A DNA stretch of 64,000 nucleotides from an uncultured Nitrososphaerales archaeon (GTDB lineage Archaea; Thermoproteota; Nitrososphaeria; Nitrososphaerales; Nitrososphaeraceae), in NCBI GenBank assembly GCA_963709405.1, contig CAVPXM010000021.1, positions 250,561 to 314,560 on the forward strand, given 5' to 3'. A model generated the notes under the pieces. That model had not been told where the DNA came from. It ran no database searches and saw nothing but the letters and a program-made list of their open reading frames with translations. The first letter of the stretch is position 1. Every line of letters starts with the position of its first letter. This document shows, one piece after another, positions 22,116 to 33,006 of this stretch. A program made the position numbers and the translations under genes.

Positions 22116-24449
22116 CTATTGTACTATCTGTTTTACACGCAGGTTTAATATACCTCCATCCTGGTATAACTCACCTACCACTCTGAATTCTTTGCCCTTC
22201 TTGATAAGATCTCTCGATCCTTCGTAATCATAATGGTTTAATCTTGCGCGCCATTTACCGTTTACTAATACTACTGCTCTTCCTTCCATCATTTTTTCCA
22301 CATAAACATCATAGGTTTTCCCAGGAATTTTTTTCAAATTGTCAACAAGAACAATGGTACTATCATCAATCCATTCTATCCTCCTTAGTTTTTCAAGTCT
22401 ATTAAGCGCTTCTATCACTACAGAATTACTAGTAGCGTTAATATTTTCACATATAACTTTGAAATCCAACCCTGCTTTTCCCGTCCTAGCCAACAGGGAA
22501 TTAATCCTTCTCGCAGTTTTGTCAACTTGTTGTCTGAAATTGTTTGTTAATGTTTCTTCGGCTAAAGATGGTGAATGCTTTCTTTTGTCTCGCAAACTTC
22601 TTATATCCTTAGCACTGGTAACATAAGATGTTTTAGTATTTTTGTCATCTATTAATTTTTTCGTTTTCACTTCGAGTTTTTGGTTTATCCGATCGATCTC
22701 ATTGTAAATCAAACTTAGATCATCTGGTGTCATAGGGTTATCAGATAAGTGGCTCCTGTCGATTAGTTTAAGCGACGTACTAAGTGAAGAGAGTGTTTGA
22801 TTCATCTTCTGAACACGTCTTTTACTACCATGGAGATAACGTTCATCTATAGTATCTTTGGCTGCAAGTATAACAACAGAACCTGCTGATTTTCTTCCCG
22901 TTCTGCCTTTCCTTTGGATATACCTTATTTCGCTTGGAATCGGTTCATAAAAAATCACCAAATCAACTTCAGGTATATCAAGGCCCTCTTCAGCGATAGA
23001 AGTTGCGACGAGTACGTTAAACTCACCATTTCTAAAAGATTCGAGAATTGATGTCTGTTCATCTTGCTTCATTCCAGTATCTCCTAGTCTTTTTGCTTGT
23101 CCTACAAACCTTGATGCTTTTATTCCATTTTCTGAAAGGACCTTGACTATACGTCTTGCAGTATCTCTATACTGTGTAAATATCAAAACATGTGAATCTT
23201 TTTGTGGATAGTCCGATATAACATGATTAATATTATGATATTCCAATTCAGGGTCTATCTTTTCTTGAAGATTAAAATGATAACATTTCTCTCCGTCAGT
23301 CGCTTGACTAGATTTAGAAGTATCTCGGTATTTATTTCTCAAGATATTCACTATATAACGAAGCTTAGGATGGTCTATTGTTAATTTACTAACAAGTATA
23401 TGTATCTCTTTTATCCTTGTATCTTTCATTAATGACTGATGAGACTTACGACCTATGCCGTGCACATCTTCAATTCTATCAAGAAATGCTTTAAGTGAAT
23501 ATGATCCTTGACTTTCAATCAGTTCATTACAGTACATCAAAGATAGAGCTGAGGATTGTTGCATTAACGCGATATACAATGGTCTTCTCTCCTGTTCAGT
23601 TGTAATCTCTAGATTGTGCCGAATTTGATCTCCTACATCAATCAAATCCCGTTTGAAGACCCATCTTGCATCCCTCCGTAATAACAACCTGTGCTGAATT
23701 AACCATTTGATCTTTTCGTCAAGCATACTCTTCAAATTAGATCGTATATACTGATATTCTGACGGTAGATCAAAGAATTTCCATTCTACCTCAATAGGAT
23801 TAATATATTGTCTTACATCTGGGTCTTCCTCATTTCTGTACTCTAGACGTTCAATAAATAAATTGTCACAAACTTCCTGCATCCTCTGCTTGTCTGAGCC
23901 CGGACTCGCAGTTAGAGCAAGAATTACTGGATAGATCGACTGTTTGAGGTATTCTTTAGCTATAAACGTATAAGCATAATCTTTCACAGCTCTGTGAGCT
24001 TCGTCAAAGACTAACAGTGTGAAGTCAGTTAGTGATAATCTACCTTCTTCAATATCATTTTTTACGACTTCTGGTGTTGCAAAAACAAGTCTGATTTCTG
24101 GTTTATCCCAAATTATCCTTCTTGCATAAGGAACAATTTTCCCTGTGACAGCTGCAGTTTGTTCCTCTAATATTCTTAGATTGGAGAAGAATGAGTTCAT
24201 ATGCTGAGTAACAAGTGGCCTAGTCGGAGCCATTATTAGGACACGTTTATCCCTATAATTGTATAGAGTATTTACACACACAAGTAATGATATAATAGTC
24301 TTACCAAGAGCTGTCGGAAGTATTACAAGGGTATTTTTGTTAAACGCAGATTTAGCTAGGTTGTTTTGATATGCTCTAAATTCAACCGAACTTTTCCGTA
24401 GAAGGGGGTGATTTACATAATAAGTAGATTCGTGTATCCTGTCAGACAT
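22116..24449 (-). CDS. hef: Hef/FANCM-like SF2 DEAH helicase without ERCC4 nuclease domain
   Basis: LPTALGKT, DEAH, TASPG, FTQYRDT, ATSIAEEGLDIP, QRKGRTGR. Confidence 0.9.
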   Translation of the reverse strand: MSDRIHESTYYVNHPLLRKSSVEFRAYQNNLAKSAFNKNTLVILPTALGKTIISLLVCVNTLYNYRDKRVLIMAPTRPLVTQHMNSFFSNLRILEEQTAAVTGKIVPYARRIIWDKPEIRLVFATPEVVKNDIEEGRLSLTDFTLLVFDEAHRAVKDYAYTFIAKEYLKQSIYPVILALTASPGSDKQRMQEVCDNLFIERLEYRNEEDPDVRQYINPIEVEWKFFDLPSEYQYIRSNLKSMLDEKIKWLIQHRLLLRRDARWVFKRDLIDVGDQIRHNLEITTEQERRPLYIALMQQSSALSLMYCNELIESQGSYSLKAFLDRIEDVHGIGRKSHQSLMKDTRIKEIHILVSKLTIDHPKLRYIVNILRNKYRDTSKSSQATDGEKCYHFNLQEKIDPELEYHNINHVISDYPQKDSHVLIFTQYRDTARRIVKVLSENGIKASRFVGQAKRLGDTGMKQDEQTSILESFRNGEFNVLVATSIAEEGLDIPEVDLVIFYEPIPSEIRYIQRKGRTGRKSAGSVVILAAKDTIDERYLHGSKRRVQKMNQTLSSLSTSLKLIDRSHLSDNPMTPDDLSLIYNEIDRINQKLEVKTKKLIDDKNTKTSYVTSAKDIRSLRDKRKHSPSLAEETLTNNFRQQVDKTARRINSLLARTGKAGLDFKVICENINATSNSVVIEALNRLEKLRRIEWIDDSTIVLVDNLKKIPGKTYDVYVEKMMEGRAVVLVNGKWRARLNHYDYEGSRDLIKKGKEFRVVGELYQDGGILNLRVKQIVQ

Positions 24450-25211
24450 GGTTTATTATATCTAGTCTTCTATAAAGGATGCAGGTAGTCATTATTCATG
24501 TTTTCTAATTTTGACATATCATGTAAAAATCTAAACGCATTAAATTTAAGGCACCTTTCCTAGTTTTATGGAGTAATTCTGTGCTCATTAATAAATCTCG
24601 TCATTTCTTAAAGTATTCCATATTTGATCCTGTTCTATTCTTGACTAAACCGGGATTTGTGTTCCTTAGTATCAGCATTTACTAAATTTGATGTATTTAA
24701 TTCAATATCAATAACAGAGATCTGCTCCCATAGGCAGAAGTATTTAGAATGAAGATGCCATATATAATCAACGACTTGCGTTACGGCCCCGTATTAATGT
24801 CCAAGAATTGATATTCTTTCATCCACTACAAATAGTTACATTATCAAATAACTGCTATATGAAAGGACATGAAACGCAAAAGGGTTCTACGTTCTGATAA
24901 TTATTTGTTGTATAGCATATATGATAATTATCACGATGGATGGATGGATGCAATTTAGTCAACCAAGATTCATTCTGCCAAACCATTCTCATAATTAATA
25001 GGAAGAGATAGTTTTTTCGATGTCATACATACATTGATAGTATGATGAAATAGAGCACTTTAGACGATACTATTATATAACTGGAAAAATATGTTTAAAT
25101 TTCCTATTTATTCCCAAAAACTATTACTCATACTAAATCATTTTTTCATATATGTATGGTTAACGCGCATGTAACTAAAATTGTATTATTGATACCAAAT
25201 TACAATATAAT

Positions 25212-25658
25212 TCATTTATTCTTCCATGTTATTACTTTTTGTGGATATATCATTATAACATATTCGCCAATCCCAACTTTTCGATACTGATAATATTTTT
25301 CAGACAATAGTTTGTGAGCCTTTTCTAAGTGACATTGACTTTGATCTTCTCCTAACCCATTGCCTACTAATATAGCTCTTCCTTGAATCATTATAAAATA
25401 AAGTTTTGTCCAATCTTCATTATATTCATCTATGAGCAGGGCAACATTTGGATTTGCTTCAATATTCTTGACCCTTTTTAATCTTTCTGGTTTTGGGCTT
25501 TGCTTGGTTTTCCTATCTATAGGTATATAGTAATAATCATCGTCATCATATACGAATACAACTGGCACCAAATGTGGCCTGCATCCTGAATCAATTGTGG
25601 CAAGTCTGGCTACCCTAGCATTATCGATTATTGTTCTAAGATGTGCAATATTAACCAC
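25212..25658 (-). CDS. PPOX-class F420-dependent oxidoreductase (TIGR03668-like)
   Basis: ARVARLAT, PHLVPVVF, LKRVKNIEANPNVALLIDEYNEDWTKL. Confidence 0.88.
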   Translation of the reverse strand: MVNIAHLRTIIDNARVARLATIDSGCRPHLVPVVFVYDDDDYYYIPIDRKTKQSPKPERLKRVKNIEANPNVALLIDEYNEDWTKLYFIMIQGRAILVGNGLGEDQSQCHLEKAHKLLSEKYYQYRKVGIGEYVIMIYPQKVITWKNK

Positions 25659-26094
25659 AATATCATCACCATGTTTAAGCTATTTTAGCAGCGCGGAGTA
25701 CAGAATCTATGGTTAAAGTATTTCTGACAAATTTAATATGTATAAACTATTGCAATTAATTACATAGTCAGATTTGGCTTTTCTAAATGGGCTACACTTT
25801 GCTGTTTGATTGTTGAATATCTAGCAAATGTAACTAAGCTTTTAATATATGTTTAACTATAATAGTCAATTTATTCGCCCAGGGTGCACAGGAGATATTG
25901 TCTTTTCAGTGTTCTATCTAAAGTTCTGGCACAGAACTATATTCCAACAGGCTAGAGGCGTCATGACTGATGCCTCTGATGGTGGCCTCTTGCACTTGAT
26001 ACTATAATGCATCTTGGAGTATCCGACAGTTGAATTCAAGCCATTTATGCAATTTTATAATTTGAGGGAGGGATCGATGTTTCAAATATGAAGC

Positions 26095-26658
26095 CTATTT
26101 AGATATCTGTCCTCTAATTTCTCCATTTGGATTTTGTTTTGTATGAACATTTACGTATGCATCGTTATCTTCAATAAGTTTAGTCAGATCTGAAATTTGT
26201 TTTCCTTTCAGTGGTCCTTCAAGTTTACTAGATGATATATCGCCTTGGGCTAGACTGTCCATTTACTGGACCAGTAGGGGTTAATGTCTTGAAACGAATG
26301 AGAGTAACTACAACAGGCCCGTTTTCACCTTTCTTACCTTGGTGTATATCTGCCATCGTAACTTTATCTATATTATTAACATCTACACTATAGTCCATAA
26401 TCATTCCATTGCTATTAGGAGTAAATTCAGCAGTACCAGGACTTTAGTATTCGTTGGCGGTACTTCGTCTTGACCACTTAGTTTTGCAGTGAACTTTTGT
26501 TCTACTTGCGCTAAAGCTGGCTCTAGAAATTTAATTGATGGTAACATCGTAGCTGTTGACATTGCTATTGCTACAAGACTAAAAGATAGCGTAACCAAAC
26601 TGACGATTTTGCGAGGATTGCTTCTTAAATTTTGAAATCTATCGAGATTTAACCTCAA
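26095..26658 (-). pseudogene. CHRD-domain secreted protein, frameshifted
   Basis: FTAKLSGQDEVPP, IHQGKKGENGPVVVTL and AYVNVHTKQNPNGEIRGQI lie in different frames. Confidence 0.85.
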
Positions 26659-27239
26659 TGAAATGTAAATGGAACTATGTTATATATCAGTTATCCGGCA
26701 TATTATAATAGATTATCTAACCGGCCCATAGGTTACTTGAGAATAACAAGTTAGTTATCTAACTTTACATTAGAGATTCGAACAAGGATATGTTTTAATG
26801 CTGGGCTGAGTATATATGGTAAAAATAGGAAGAGCAATATTAAGGGAGCTACTCTGACGATGCCTCAAGACTGCTAATCTAACGAAACCAGCCTCATGAT
26901 TAGGAACTTATTCGTAGGGTATTATTCGGGACACCTAATGCTAATGGCAAGAATTCCTTGAGCTATCAGAAAAAGACTGGTTACAACAAACTTAACCCAA
27001 CTTACTATAATTACATGGTTTCTGCAAGTCCAAATAATTTAACCTCTAGATTGGTGATTAATATGAGACTGTAAATACCAGAGTTTGAGCGTTTATAAAT
27101 ATATTTTAGAAATAAAACGAAAATCAATCGAATCGCCTGTTCAGACGATCTTATCTCTTAATACATCATAAATGTAAATATGATGAATAAATTTACCGGA
27201 AGCGAATATCACGTAAGACTTTAAATGCTGCATTTGATA

Positions 27240-27780
27240 TTGATCTAAAACCTATGTCTAGTTATTAGCAACGACTAGAATGCGCGCCGGAGAGGCTCTG
27301 TCAATACGTATAAAAGATCTGGATCTATATTCTAATCCTTCAAAATTATTTGTAAGAGGAGAATATACAAAAACTAGAACAGATAGAATTATTTTTCTAA
27401 CCGATGAACCTCATCAATTAAAATCATGGTTAGATTATAAACATCTGACTAGGTGAGTTTGTTACAAAGGCGACCAAGACGAAAAAACGATTGCAGAATA
27501 CAAAAGTCCTATTAAAAACGATACTGATTTAATACTTGCAGTTTACCAAGATATTGAAAAACCAAATTATCTCTGGCTCTATAACGATTTGCTTAAGTCT
27601 TTTCAAATGACATCAGATCGTATTGGTAAATACAAACAAAAGTAGAAGAATTAGAGGAATTAAATCAATCATTAAGACAACGTGACCAAGTAAAGGATGA
27701 TGCGGGAGCACAATTGTCAGATCAACTCGTATCATTATCAACTAGGTTACAGGAGATCGAGAGAAGACAACAACTATGAG
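27240..27780 (+). pseudogene. Tyrosine recombinase/integrase remnant
   Basis: LLATTRMRAGEALSIRIKDLD..VRGEYTKTRTDRIIFLTDE; stops, deletions, coiled C-terminal tail. Confidence 0.8.
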
Positions 27781-27794
27781 ATCAGCATCTGTTC

Positions 27795-28028
27795 TTCACC
27801 AAGTTCCTAACACATATGGAATGTTATTCACTATTTTCCTAAATGATACCACTGAACGCCCCATGGTGTTATTTGGTTTTTCTGGTGGAAGTATCAACCT
27901 AAATTCACCCCATAACTCATCTAGGGTTCTTTTGACAGTTGGAACGCATCTTGACTTTGTCGTAAGCCACATTTATGAACAAAACGTCTTTCAAGCTATA
28001 TGTCTATCTACTTTTAGGATAGGTTCTA
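27795..28028 (-). mobile_element. IS5-family 5' remnant
   Basis: TIR TAGAACCTATCCTAAAAGTAGATAG; DELWGEFRLILPPEKPNNTMGRSVVSFRKIVNNIPYVL. Confidence 0.8.
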
Positions 28029-28391
28029 AACCCCGCATTAACAAATCGTTCTCTACCAGAAGCTACAAATTCACCTACATCTTTTTTACTGCTGAAATAA
28101 TTAGCTGTGCTGAATAATATTTCAACTTCGTTGACATTCGCATTGAATGTTTGACGTTCATCTTTAGTGGCACCCACCCTCGATATTCATCAACAAGTGC
28201 TTGATCCAAAAGAGTTCATAAACTACTTTACCAATAAATTATATTTCAAAGTGACTCCTCGACGAGAAAAACTCTACGATACTTTCTATTTAAAAATTTG
28301 GTTACCAAGTGGTAATCCAATTTTCTTTATCTCACCTGTGTATTATTATAGTATCATAGATGTATATGTATCTTAATGGTGAAAAAGAACA

Positions 28392-29446
28392 ATGTATATG
28401 CGTTCAGTCCAAGTTTCTAAAGCTAATGGGCCTTTTGAAATCGTGGAACGAGAGGTTCCAAAGCCGAATCCTATGGAAGTGCGTATCAAAGTCCAAGCCT
28501 GCGGCATCTGTCACAGCGATTCTATCACAAAGCAAGGATTATTCCCGGGAATCAAATATCCTAGGGCTCCAGGACATGAAGTAGCAGGTGTTGTAGATGA
28601 AGTTGGAGGAGGTGTCGTCTCTGAATGGAAGCCTGGAAGAGAGTCTCTGTTGGTTGGTATGGAGGTCATTGTGGCCATTGTGAATCCTGCAGACGTGGGG
28701 ATTTTATTACCTGTAAGTATGCTCAAGTACCTGGGATTTCATATGATGGCTATGCAGACTATATGATTGCTCCCTCTTCAGCTCTGAGCATCGATCCCTG
28801 AGCGTCTTTCAGCTATAGAAGTGCACCACTTATGTGTGCCGGTATTACTACATATAATGCTCTTAGAAATAGCGGCGCACGAGTAGGTGATGCAGTTGCT
28901 ATCCTTGGAATAGGTGGACTTGGTCATCTAGGAATTCAGTTGCAGCCAAGATGGGTTTTAGGACTGCTTGCCATCGGACGAGGAAAGGATAAGGAGGATA
29001 TGGTCAAAAGCTTGGTGCTATTCACTACATTGATAGCCAGTCTCAAAATGTTGTTAAAGAGCTTGTCAAGTTTGGTAGTAGTAGTGAAAATGGTGGAGCA
29101 GTAGAAGGAGCAGATGGTGTCAAAGTCATCCTTGCAACAGCCCCAAGTGGAAAAGCAATGAGTGAAGTATTGGGTGGTTTATCCGTCAATGGAAAAGCTT
29201 ATCGTCGTAGGTGCTTCTGATGAAAACATAGAAGTGCCTCCAAATCTAATGTTACTTGGACGTAGATCGATTATGGGTTGGCCTAGTGGTACTTCTATCG
29301 ATTCACAAGATACACTCTCCTTTAGCGTTCATTCAGGTGTAAGATCAATGAATCAAGTGTTTCCACTTGAGCGTGCACCAGAAGCCTATGAGTTAATGAT
29401 GAGTGGTAAAGCTAGGTTTAGATGTGTACTTACAACAGGTAACTAG
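28392..29446 (+). pseudogene. Zn-dependent alcohol dehydrogenase (AdhP-like), multiple frameshifts
   Basis: CGICHSD, GHE, CGHCESC, MCAGITTYNALR, GIGGLGHLG and GKARFRCVL spread over several frames. Confidence 0.9.
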
Positions 29447-29609
29447 AGCGACTAGGTAAAGGAGGCCCCAGAAAGAAGATTATAGGCAGACGAGTGTGAT
29501 GGTATTCTATATCGCTGTCATAAAGATTTACCAACCTTAACAGGTAGTCGTCGTGAAATATTCGTTGCCATGATGTCTATTTTGTTATCGTAATTAATTT
29601 GTGAAGAGA

Positions 29610-30125
29610 TCAGACTGTTGGCACTGTTCCACCATCAATCACGTTCTCACTTCCGTTGATTGATGACGCTCTGTCTGAACCCAAGAAAGCGACCAGTTCG
29701 GCTACCTCTCCAAGACGTCCAGGACGACCAATGGGAGTGCCGCCAGGGGATTTCAGTAATTCTTGGCGCGCAATCTGCATATCAGATCCGGTTTGTTTGG
29801 ACAAGCGCTCTATAAGCGCTTGAGGCAGCAGAAGTCTCTATGAATCCCGGAGCAACCGTATTGACATGAACTCCTTTGGGCCCCACCTCGTTTGATGATC
29901 CCTTGTTGTAAGTTGTTAACGCTGCTTTTGCAGCTGCATAAGGCAATGTCGCTTCAAAAAGTGAAAGCCTTCCGAATCGACTAGATATGGATAATAACAC
30001 CAATAGCCCCCCTTAGGCATTCCGGGTAGTAACCCTCGATCCAGTCGAACAGCCGCCATAAGAGTTATGCTCAGCTCTTTTCGCCATTGCTCATCGCTCA
30101 AGACGCTTAAGCCTCCGCTTAGTGC
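29610..30125 (-). pseudogene. Short-chain dehydrogenase, 5'-truncated and frameshifted
   Basis: YAAAKAAL, VNTVAPGFIET, PIGRPG..EVAELVAFL..IDGG. Confidence 0.85.
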
Positions 30126-30258
30126 GAGTTAGCATCTTACATCTAAATGCAAGCAAGCACTTGGCTCTAGGGTATATTAGTCGAAAACCAAAAAATCGAT
30201 GCATTCAATTTTTCTTCATCATAAGTTAATAAGATGCAGCTATACGAATACAAAATAT

Positions 30259-30825
30259 TCATTTGGTCCATGGAGAATACGCAAGGAAATAAAAAGCAGG
30301 ATGGATTGATAGGCCCATTATCTTTTCGGGTCGGATCTTTATTGTAATTCGCTTATGATTGGGTTTTCGGTAGTAATATTTTCCAATTCCAAGATACTTT
30401 TTGGCAAGCCCTTTGAGATGCTCATCTGCTCCTTCGGTCGTCTGCTCGATTACCTTTCCTTTTATCGACACCATATTAAATGGATTGTTCTGCTCAACAA
30501 CGGATACGGCTATTCTTTTATCATTTGTTATATGTTTGTTTTTTGCTGAAGTTTCAAAAGTATTTATCAAGATGAAATCGTCGACCATCTCTGCCCAAAC
30601 GGGGGTGACATGCGGAGAGCCATCTTTTGATAATGTGGATAAAAAAGCTAAATTTCTGCCATTAAAAAATTGGTATACTTCCTCTTTAGTAAGTTGTGTT
30701 ACACCTGCTGCTAATTCATTTGCTGCAGTTATTGTTACGTAGTCTTCTGGTTCTATTGGAGGTACATCAACCACTTCTACTGAAGTTATTATCCTTCTAT
30801 GACTACTATCATTATCTTTTTGCAT
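30259..30825 (-). CDS. PPOX-class F420-dependent oxidoreductase (TIGR03618-like)
   Basis: LSTLSKDGSPHVTPVW, INT, NPFNMVSIKGKV, LAKKYLG. Confidence 0.88.
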   Translation of the reverse strand: MQKDNDSSHRRIITSVEVVDVPPIEPEDYVTITAANELAAGVTQLTKEEVYQFFNGRNLAFLSTLSKDGSPHVTPVWAEMVDDFILINTFETSAKNKHITNDKRIAVSVVEQNNPFNMVSIKGKVIEQTTEGADEHLKGLAKKYLGIGKYYYRKPNHKRITIKIRPEKIMGLSIHPAFYFLAYSPWTK

Positions 30826-31288
30826 ATTGTAAGAAGATTAGATAACTATGTATTAATCATTATGCTATATGATATTGCAATATAATACTAATTTTTAATT
30901 TGGCGCAAAATATAGTTCGTAAAAACGCATAAGCGATCCGCTTCATTATTAAAATTTGGTCCTGGAACTGCTAACACTTTCAGGAAAATGTTGGATTTGA
31001 CAGAAGTATCATGGAATGGTATTAAAATGTGCCAAACAGAAGCACTATCTATTAGTAATACAAAAAAAACTACTCTATCAGATTTTTGAATCAGGCAAAT
31101 CAATCTCACAGAATAATTATAGACTTGTGTAGGTAAAAACTCATTTTTGTTGGTATGGCTTTGAATGGTTATGAAAATTGTTAATGCGACTTCAGAAGTT
31201 CCTGATATGACCAGGGAAGAGATTTAGAGATTCCTTGAAAGTAAATTGATCGTGATCCATTTATAGTAGCCATTTTATCTTTATTGGT

Positions 31289-31648
31289 ATGACAAGTATT
31301 AGATCACTCTTAATAATAATTGCATTGTCTGTGATTGCTGTTTCGCTTATCATGCCATTTTATTCATATAATATATCTGCACTCAAATCACATGATTGCC
31401 CTAAATATTGTGATGGTTGTTGTGTTACCACTAAACCTAAAAATGCTACGGGAATAGGAACTATTACTCCAGAAGGAGCTAAGAGCGCGAATAGTGGACT
31501 TATTCAGGGTCCAATAACTGGCGATAATCAAAAATCTATGGTGCGTAATAATAGCGGTCCAACTCCACCTCCATGTCCACCAAATGGACCAATACCACCA
31601 AATTGCACAATGAAACCGTTTCCTAATGCTACTTTAGCAATTCGTTAG
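31289..31648 (+). CDS. Secreted Cys/Pro-rich protein
   Basis: Signal peptide; CPKYCDGCC; PPPCPPNGPIPPNCTMKP. Confidence 0.75.
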   Translation: MTSIRSLLIIIALSVIAVSLIMPFYSYNISALKSHDCPKYCDGCCVTTKPKNATGIGTITPEGAKSANSGLIQGPITGDNQKSMVRNNSGPTPPPCPPNGPIPPNCTMKPFPNATLAIR

Positions 31649-31927
31649 CGCGTTTGACTAACATTGTCACTCCTATTAGGAACTAATATACCAATTCGCT
31701 GGAATAATTACCAGATATTGTCAGGTCGGGGTTGCCGTTGTTGTTTACGGTATGCGGCCATCCTCATTGTTCTGCTGTATCCAGACGTTACCACAATTAA
31801 AACATATGAATCGTGTGTGATTTGGTTTGACCGACGTATCATGAACTGAATGGAATACGTTATTGCTACTGCATTTGCTACAATTAGTGAACATGGTCAT
31901 ATTCTGGTTAGTTCGTTGATTCCTTAG

Positions 31928-32209
31928 TCAGTTAGTGGGCTTGATTTCATCTAGTTTCAGTTGTCTTGACTTTTCTTGTTCGTCCAACTTTTTTAATGTC
32001 TTATAATGATCAAATATAATGGATAGGAAGATTGGCTGTATTCTTATAGGACTAGCGGCATAAGAACACGCTGAATTATACAAACGTTCAATTGAAAACA
32101 TTCTATCAAATAACTTCTTGTCAGATCTGCCAAGACAGTTGCGAAATTCCTTCCATTCTTCCTTTTCTACTAAGGTTGCTAATCTAAATGATGGAATTGT
32201 TCTACCCAT
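31928..32209 (-). CDS. Small conserved archaeal MGRT-motif protein (family usually linked to PolB2 loci)
   Basis: MGRTIPSFR..EWKEFRNCL..DKKLFDRMF..; family link is from recall, not searched. Confidence 0.75.
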   Translation of the reverse strand: MGRTIPSFRLATLVEKEEWKEFRNCLGRSDKKLFDRMFSIERLYNSACSYAASPIRIQPIFLSIIFDHYKTLKKLDEQEKSRQLKLDEIKPTN

Positions 32210-32231
32210 ACTGATTTACCCGCGTTGATAG

Positions 32232-32372
32232 ACCCTGGGATGCTAATTAAGAAGCTGGATGTCGGGTGAGAGGGAGAGAGTGACTATTGCTACTGCTACT
32301 ACTACTGAAATCTAAAGATGAGCGTTAACTTTTATGCTGGAATTAATCCAGCCTGTGTAGCGTGGATAGGGT
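32232..32372. ncRNA. Candidate structured RNA or cis-regulatory element
   Basis: Three nested helices: ACCCTG/TAGGGT, ATGCTA/TAGCGT, GCTGGAT/ATCCAGC; GC-rich relative to surroundings. Confidence 0.35.
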
Positions 32373-32473
32373 ATGAATGAATTGTGAGTGTCAAACTATA
32401 GGATTAAGTTGTGGACATCTATTAGGTAGGCACAGGCTTTGTAGTGCGTGCTCTAGAGTCATTTTTTCTTTGA

Positions 32474-32530
32474 ACGATTCTTATCTATAGAATGCGTGCA
32501 TTTGGCGCGCGGCCAAGACTTACATAGATA
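32474..32530 (+). repeat. Direct repeat copy 1 (ACGATTCTTATCTATAGAAT...TGGCGCGCG)
   Basis: 20-bp exact match plus about 35 bp similar to 33658-33718. Confidence 0.75.
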
Positions 32531-32762
32531 TGAAGGTTTCATCATAGATGTCTGAGTTACGATGACGTAAATTGCTATCCTGCAGGTATTTGCTTTACGT
32601 TCTATATGTATAGATCATCACTGTAACTGGAAAAATGAGCATGAGCACGACTCAACTTTCCCGTCATCTTTTCTCGATCAGAACCTTGTTATAATTTGAA
32701 AGATCCAAATTCAATCAATCATCAAAAGGTAAAATATTTCGCAGATCAGTATAAAATCTGAC

Positions 32763-32784
32763 TTAGAACCTATCCGAAAAGTAG
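32763..32784 (+). mobile_element. Solo IS5-type terminal inverted repeat
   Basis: TTAGAACCTATCCGAAAAGTAG is 21/22 identical to the reverse complement of the IS5 end at 28008-28029. Confidence 0.8.
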
Positions 32785-32789
32785 TTGAG

Positions 32790-33006
32790 GTTGTAATTTG
32801 ACTAATATAGGATTGGAATAATGACTAGGCGGTATACATCAAACCCCGCCTAGATGGTTGTAATTTGACTAATATAGGATTGAAACGTCACTAATGAGAA
32901 CAAAACAAGTAATGCGAGAAAATGTTGTAAATTGACTAATATAGGATTGAAACATCATGAAAGAAGTAATGTTAGATATCGAGGGTGAACCGTTGTAATT
33001 TGACTA
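32790..33006 (+). CRISPR. Orphan CRISPR mini-array with 30-bp repeat GTTGTAATTTGACTAATATAGGATTGAAAC and 3 spacers
   Basis: Repeats at 32790-32819, 32857-32886, 32924-32953 and truncated 32992-33006; unique spacers of 37, 37 and 38 bp; ATTGAAAC 3' handle typical of type I-B/I-A/III; no cas genes in window. Confidence 0.9.

Noticed and set aside
32753-32789. IS5 TIR interpreted as a CRISPR spacer targeting a transposon end
   Set aside because: No recognisable repeat at the expected upstream position (about 32723-32752)
32820-32991. Self-targeting by the spacers
   Set aside because: No match to any spacer seen by eye elsewhere in the window; rest of genome not available
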